From Aggregatilineales bacterium (GTDB taxonomy: Bacteria > Chloroflexota > Anaerolineae > Aggregatilineales > UBA2796), in NCBI GenBank assembly GCA_038239365.1, contig JBBSEU010000001.1, positions 9,688 through 73,687 of the forward strand: 64,000 bases of DNA, given 5' to 3'. Positions 60,939 to 64,000 of this stretch are shown in pieces. The position numbers and the translations under genes were made by a program. Position 1 is the stretch's first letter; each line of letters starts with the position of its first letter. The notes under the pieces are model-generated. The model worked only from the letters and a program-made list of their open reading frames with translations, was not told the origin of the DNA and did not search any database.

Positions 60939-61697
60939 TTAAAAGAACTTGGTGATTAGATTTAGCGTATCAACATCATCCGCTTTGTCAACACACCAGC
61001 CTGTCAGTTTGGCACTGGCATAGTAGACCTGCCACCAGCGCAGCCCATTGGCGAAGACCGGGCCGCCGACAATGACCGCCGTCTTGCCATTCGGGATGAT
61101 GAAATACGTATCGCCTTTCAAGCCGGGCTTACGACGGATGTTCAGGCTGTCGCCCGCTGTCGTCCGAATGCGAACGAAATCCCCATAGTGAAAATCGAAG
61201 GGCGGCGGTTGGGGCAGCGCAAAACGCATCGGCTCATGTTCGATCATCACGATAGAGCGCGAACCTAACGGCACATTCAAGGCGATGCCGGGTCCGGCCA
61301 TCGGGATTTGCGCCACGATCTCGACACTCAGGCGCGTCCCGATCTTGCGCTGTTTGGCATCTATCGGATCGAATTTGATCTTGATTTTGTTGCTGCAACC
61401 GTCGTTTTGCAGCGTGCAGTGTTCCGGGTCAGTGCAGCCGTCGGCAACCAGACTGCACGCTTCCTTGAGGATGCGTTCAATCTCATCGTTGCTGTTGGTC
61501 ATCGCGCCCCACTGCGCCGCCCGCGCCACGATGTCGATCACCTGCTGCTGCAAGAAAATAGCGCGAATGACGATCACGCCGCCGCCCATCGTGGACATGA
61601 TCAGCATGATCACGAGTGCGAACTCAACCAGTGCCTGACCGCGCCGAGATCGTTGTGCCAGACCGCGCCAACGCCGGAAAACACGAGGCAGGATCAT
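60939..61697 (-). CDS. TadE-like pseudopilin with Cys-rich insert and C-terminal bacterial SH3 domain
   Basis: N-terminus RRGQALVEFALVIMLIMSTMGGG (TadE/class III signal pattern). CSLVADGCTDPEHCTLQNDGC. C-terminal GDFVRIRTTAGDSLNIRRKPGL...GLRWWQVYY...LTGWCVD is SH3b-like. Confidence 0.75.
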   Translation of the reverse strand: MILPRVFRRWRGLAQRSRRGQALVEFALVIMLIMSTMGGGVIVIRAIFLQQQVIDIVARAAQWGAMTNSNDEIERILKEACSLVADGCTDPEHCTLQNDGCSNKIKIKFDPIDAKQRKIGTRLSVEIVAQIPMAGPGIALNVPLGSRSIVMIEHEPMRFALPQPPPFDFHYGDFVRIRTTAGDSLNIRRKPGLKGDTYFIIPNGKTAVIVGGPVFANGLRWWQVYYASAKLTGWCVDKADDVDTLNLITKFF

Positions 61698-61698
61698 C

Positions 61699-62226
61699 TT
61701 AGAAAAACTCCCGTGTTGGTGCTGCCGTGACGCGCGGCTCCATCCGTGCTGTTGCCTTCGTGCCGAGCCGTACCGTCAGGTCTGGCAAAAACGGGCCGAC
61801 AAGCTGCATATCGTAGGTCACTTCGACGCTCACCGGGTTATCCGGGATATTGTTCGGATCGAGTAGTGCCGCCGGGTCAGGTGTAATCGTGGACGGTGCT
61901 TTGCCTGTGACGGGGATCGGTGTGGGCGTCACATAACGTTTGAAGACTGGCTTTTCGGGCGTAAAAACCACGCGCAAACGGGCTGCATTGACTCCCGGCA
62001 AATTGTCCAGCACAAGCTGACGCGCCACCGTCGTATCGCCAGTCAATGCAACGGCGCGCACGGCGATATCCGCCGCGTTGTTGACCGAGTACCAGGTGTT
62101 GAGGATCAACAACATCCGCACAATCGACAGGATCAAAATGAGCAGCACGGGCAGCAGCACCGCGAACTCGACGAGCGATTGTCCAGGCCGGATGCGCCGA
62201 AATAAACTGGGAAAACTTAGGAACAT
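61699..62226 (-). CDS. TadE-like pseudopilin
   Basis: ORF track to 62331. ATG at 62226 gives MFLSFPSLFRRIRPGQSLVEFAVLLPVLLILILSIV (TadE N-terminal motif). Confidence 0.75.
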   Translation of the reverse strand: MFLSFPSLFRRIRPGQSLVEFAVLLPVLLILILSIVRMLLILNTWYSVNNAADIAVRAVALTGDTTVARQLVLDNLPGVNAARLRVVFTPEKPVFKRYVTPTPIPVTGKAPSTITPDPAALLDPNNIPDNPVSVEVTYDMQLVGPFLPDLTVRLGTKATARMEPRVTAAPTREFF

Positions 62227-62267
62227 GATGAATAAGCGTAGCACAGCTAACCCGGCTCGGCAAGCGG

Positions 62268-62276
62268 TGATACAAT
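62268..62276 (+). promoter_or_regulatory. Candidate extended -10 element for the two-component operon
   Basis: TGATACAAT (TGn + TACAAT at 62271..62276) in the 70 bp divergent intergenic region. No good -35. Confidence 0.3.
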
Positions 62277-62296
62277 GATCGATCAAGGTGTTTAAT

Positions 62297-63010
62297 ATGC
62301 AGCAAAACAAATCAACGCGCGTGCTGATCATTGAAGATCAGGTCAAAATTTCTCACTGGCTAAGCACATTTCTGCAACAGGCGGGCTTCGAAGTGCTTTC
62401 GGCGGCCAACGGCGCGCACGGTCTGGCACTGGCACGCACTGAACAACCGGACGTGATCGTTCTGGATTTGATGCTGCCCGATATGGATGGCCTGGATGTG
62501 TGCCGCGCTATTCGACGTAACTCCGATGTATTCATTATTATGCTGACAGCGCGCGTTGAAGAAACGGATCGGCTGATCGGGTTGGAGATGGGCGCGGATG
62601 ATTATGTCACCAAGCCGTTCAGTCCGCGCGAAGTGGTTGCCCGCATTCGGGCGCTGCTGCGGCGTGCCAATGGTGGATTGGCGACGGGTACGGTCACAGC
62701 GAAGCCGCTGGTGTGTGGGGCGCTCACACTCGATCCGACGCGCCGAACCTGCACATTGGCTGATCAGTCGATCTCACTGACGCCGACGGAATTTTCGATC
62801 CTGGAAACGATGATGCGACAGCCGGGTATTCCCTTCACGCGCGAACGGCTCATCTCTGAGGCACTTGGCTACGATTATGCGGGTTACGAACGGACGATTG
62901 ACGTTCACATTCGCAATTTGCGGCGCAAACTCGAAGACGATCCGCAAAATCCACATTTTATCCTGACCGTGTTCGGCGTTGGCTATCGGTTTGCGGAGGA
63001 TAGGCCATGA
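62297..63010 (+). CDS. OmpR/PhoB-family response regulator
   Basis: ORF track 62288 (GTG), ATG at 62297. VLIIEDQ, VIVLDLMLPDMDG, IIMLTAR, YVTKPF. Winged helix LTPTEFSILETMM...GVGYRF. Confidence 0.9.
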   Translation: MQQNKSTRVLIIEDQVKISHWLSTFLQQAGFEVLSAANGAHGLALARTEQPDVIVLDLMLPDMDGLDVCRAIRRNSDVFIIMLTARVEETDRLIGLEMGADDYVTKPFSPREVVARIRALLRRANGGLATGTVTAKPLVCGALTLDPTRRTCTLADQSISLTPTEFSILETMMRQPGIPFTRERLISEALGYDYAGYERTIDVHIRNLRRKLEDDPQNPHFILTVFGVGYRFAEDRP

Positions 63011-64000
63011 ACTTCTGGCGCAGTCGATTACGCTGGCAACTGATGCTCAGCTATTTACCGTTAATCGTCGTGCCGGTGCTGCTGATCGGGTTGGTGACTT
63101 CACGGTTGGCCGAACAGGGTTTGACGCTAATCATTACGCAGGGGGCACAGCACAAAGCAAGCGAACAGGCCACGCAATTCGCGCAATATTATGCTGACCA
63201 CGGCTCCTGGGATGGCGTTTCGCAGCTTTTTGTGATCCCGCAGCGCCCGCCCTGGCTGCCGATTCTCAGGCCGCTTGACCCGGACAAACCCAGAGGTGAA
63301 GGCCCCGGTTTTGGTGAACTGTTCTCACCGGAGCAGCTTCTGATCACCGATCTGAACGGCACGGTGATTGCCAGCGACAGTAATAAAGGTTTGGGACAAT
63401 CTCTGGCGGAAGGGGCACTGCGGCGCGGCGCACCGATCATCGTCAAGGGTAAGCAGATCGGGACGCTGGTCATTGGCGCGGCGTTCGGGCTGCTCGATCA
63501 GCAGCAGCGCCAACTACTGGATGCGGTGAATACGGCGCTGGTTTTATCGGGGTTTGTTTCCGTCGTACTGGCGATTGTTTTGGGGCTGTGGTTGTCGTGG
63601 CAGATCACGCGGCCAGCGCAGCAGTTGATGATCGGCGTGCGGCGACTCTCGCAAGGGGAGTGGACAGAGCCGTTGGAAGTGCAATCCAACAATGAATTTG
63701 GTGATCTGACGCGCGCCTTCAACACAATGGCAAGCGAAGTGACTCGCCAGCAGCAGCTTCGCCGCCAAATGGTGGCTGATGTGGCACACGACTTGCGAAC
63801 GCCGCTCAGTGCCATGACCTTAGAGATCGAAGCAATTGAAGCAGGCTTTCAGACGCCCGAAGAAGCAACGGCCAGTTTACGTGAGGAAGTTAACTGGTTA
63901 CAGCAGCTTGTGGATGACCTGCGAACGCTGTCACTGATGGATGCCGATCAGGTGCAGTTACAGCCGATTGTCACGCCGCTCTATCCGTTTTTGTGCAGCG
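63007..64000 (+). CDS. Sensor histidine kinase, partial (runs off the right edge)
   Basis: Not in the ORF track (no stop). ATG at 63007 overlaps the regulator stop (ATGA). TM1 LMLSYLPLIVVPVLLIGLV, periplasmic segment, TM2 LVLSGFVSVVLAIVLGLWL, HAMP (RPAQQLMIGVRRLSQGEW...FGDLTRAFNTMASEV), H-box MVADVAHDLRTPLSAM. Confidence 0.85.
   Translation, partial: MNFWRSRLRWQLMLSYLPLIVVPVLLIGLVTSRLAEQGLTLIITQGAQHKASEQATQFAQYYADHGSWDGVSQLFVIPQRPPWLPILRPLDPDKPRGEGPGFGELFSPEQLLITDLNGTVIASDSNKGLGQSLAEGALRRGAPIIVKGKQIGTLVIGAAFGLLDQQQRQLLDAVNTALVLSGFVSVVLAIVLGLWLSWQITRPAQQLMIGVRRLSQGEWTEPLEVQSNNEFGDLTRAFNTMASEVTRQQQLRRQMVADVAHDLRTPLSAMTLEIEAIEAGFQTPEEATASLREEVNWLQQLVDDLRTLSLMDADQVQLQPIVTPLYPFLCS

Noticed and set aside
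1-64000. Search for rRNA, tRNA, IS elements, integrases, prophage structural genes or known defence-system genes
   Set aside because: Intergenic spaces are short apart from 34169..34724. None shows tRNA-like cloverleaf arms or rRNA-like sequence, and no ORF shows transposase (DDE), recombinase, Cas or restriction-modification hallmarks. A by-eye scan cannot exclude small ncRNAs.

Overview
Gene-dense 64 kb bacterial chromosomal segment with about 60 protein-coding genes. By eye I found no rRNA, tRNA, CRISPR array, transposase or integrase. All family calls come from motif recognition in the supplied translations, not from database searches. Layout: (1) 1-34.2 kb is a large, mostly minus-strand surface-glycan locus. 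It holds a WbpM/PglF-like dehydratase, a specialised NusG paralog, an MsbA/PglK-like ABC exporter and a pseudaminic-acid-type nonulosonic acid pathway (pseB, pseC, two cytidylyltransferase paralogs, pseG, pseI, plus Gfo/Idh/MocA, SDR, formyltransferase-like and AAC(3)-like/DUF4910-like genes, but no GNAT pseH). It also holds a pyruvyltransferase, six glycosyltransferase-like genes, a PglC-like phosphoglycosyl transferase, an O-antigen-ligase/polymerase-family protein, a secreted beta-helix protein and a Wzz/BY-kinase-like protein ending in an FHA domain. (2) 34.7-39.6 kb is a CUT2-type sugar ABC transporter. (3) 39.6-52.4 kb starts with an FAD oxidoreductase. Two paralogous, mutually inverted modules (XRE regulator divergent from two translationally coupled small ORFs) then bracket a Liv-type amino-acid ABC transporter, an EamA exporter and three redox enzymes (two F420-type). 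A small cytidine-deaminase-fold gene is coupled to the second XRE gene. (4) 52.4-62.2 kb is a Tad-type operon (TadE, TadE-SH3b, TadB, TadC, CpaF) with no visible Flp pilin, prepilin peptidase, secretin or TadZ. Its ATPase carries an FHA domain and is followed by a degenerate kinase-like gene (interrupted by one in-frame TAA inside a tandem repeat), an FHA-REC-FHA protein and a WD40 propeller. (5) 62.3-64 kb is a divergent OmpR-type response regulator plus a sensor kinase truncated by the window. The best candidate for an undescribed system is the FHA/pseudokinase/REC/WD40-wired Tad machine, possibly linked through very similar FHA domains to the glycan chain-length regulator 50 kb away. The duplicated XRE/small-ORF module is a second candidate. 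Gene content (F420 enzymes, secretin-less Tad, abundant FHA/WD40) fits a Chloroflexota- or Actinomycetota-like organism, but the taxon is not established.
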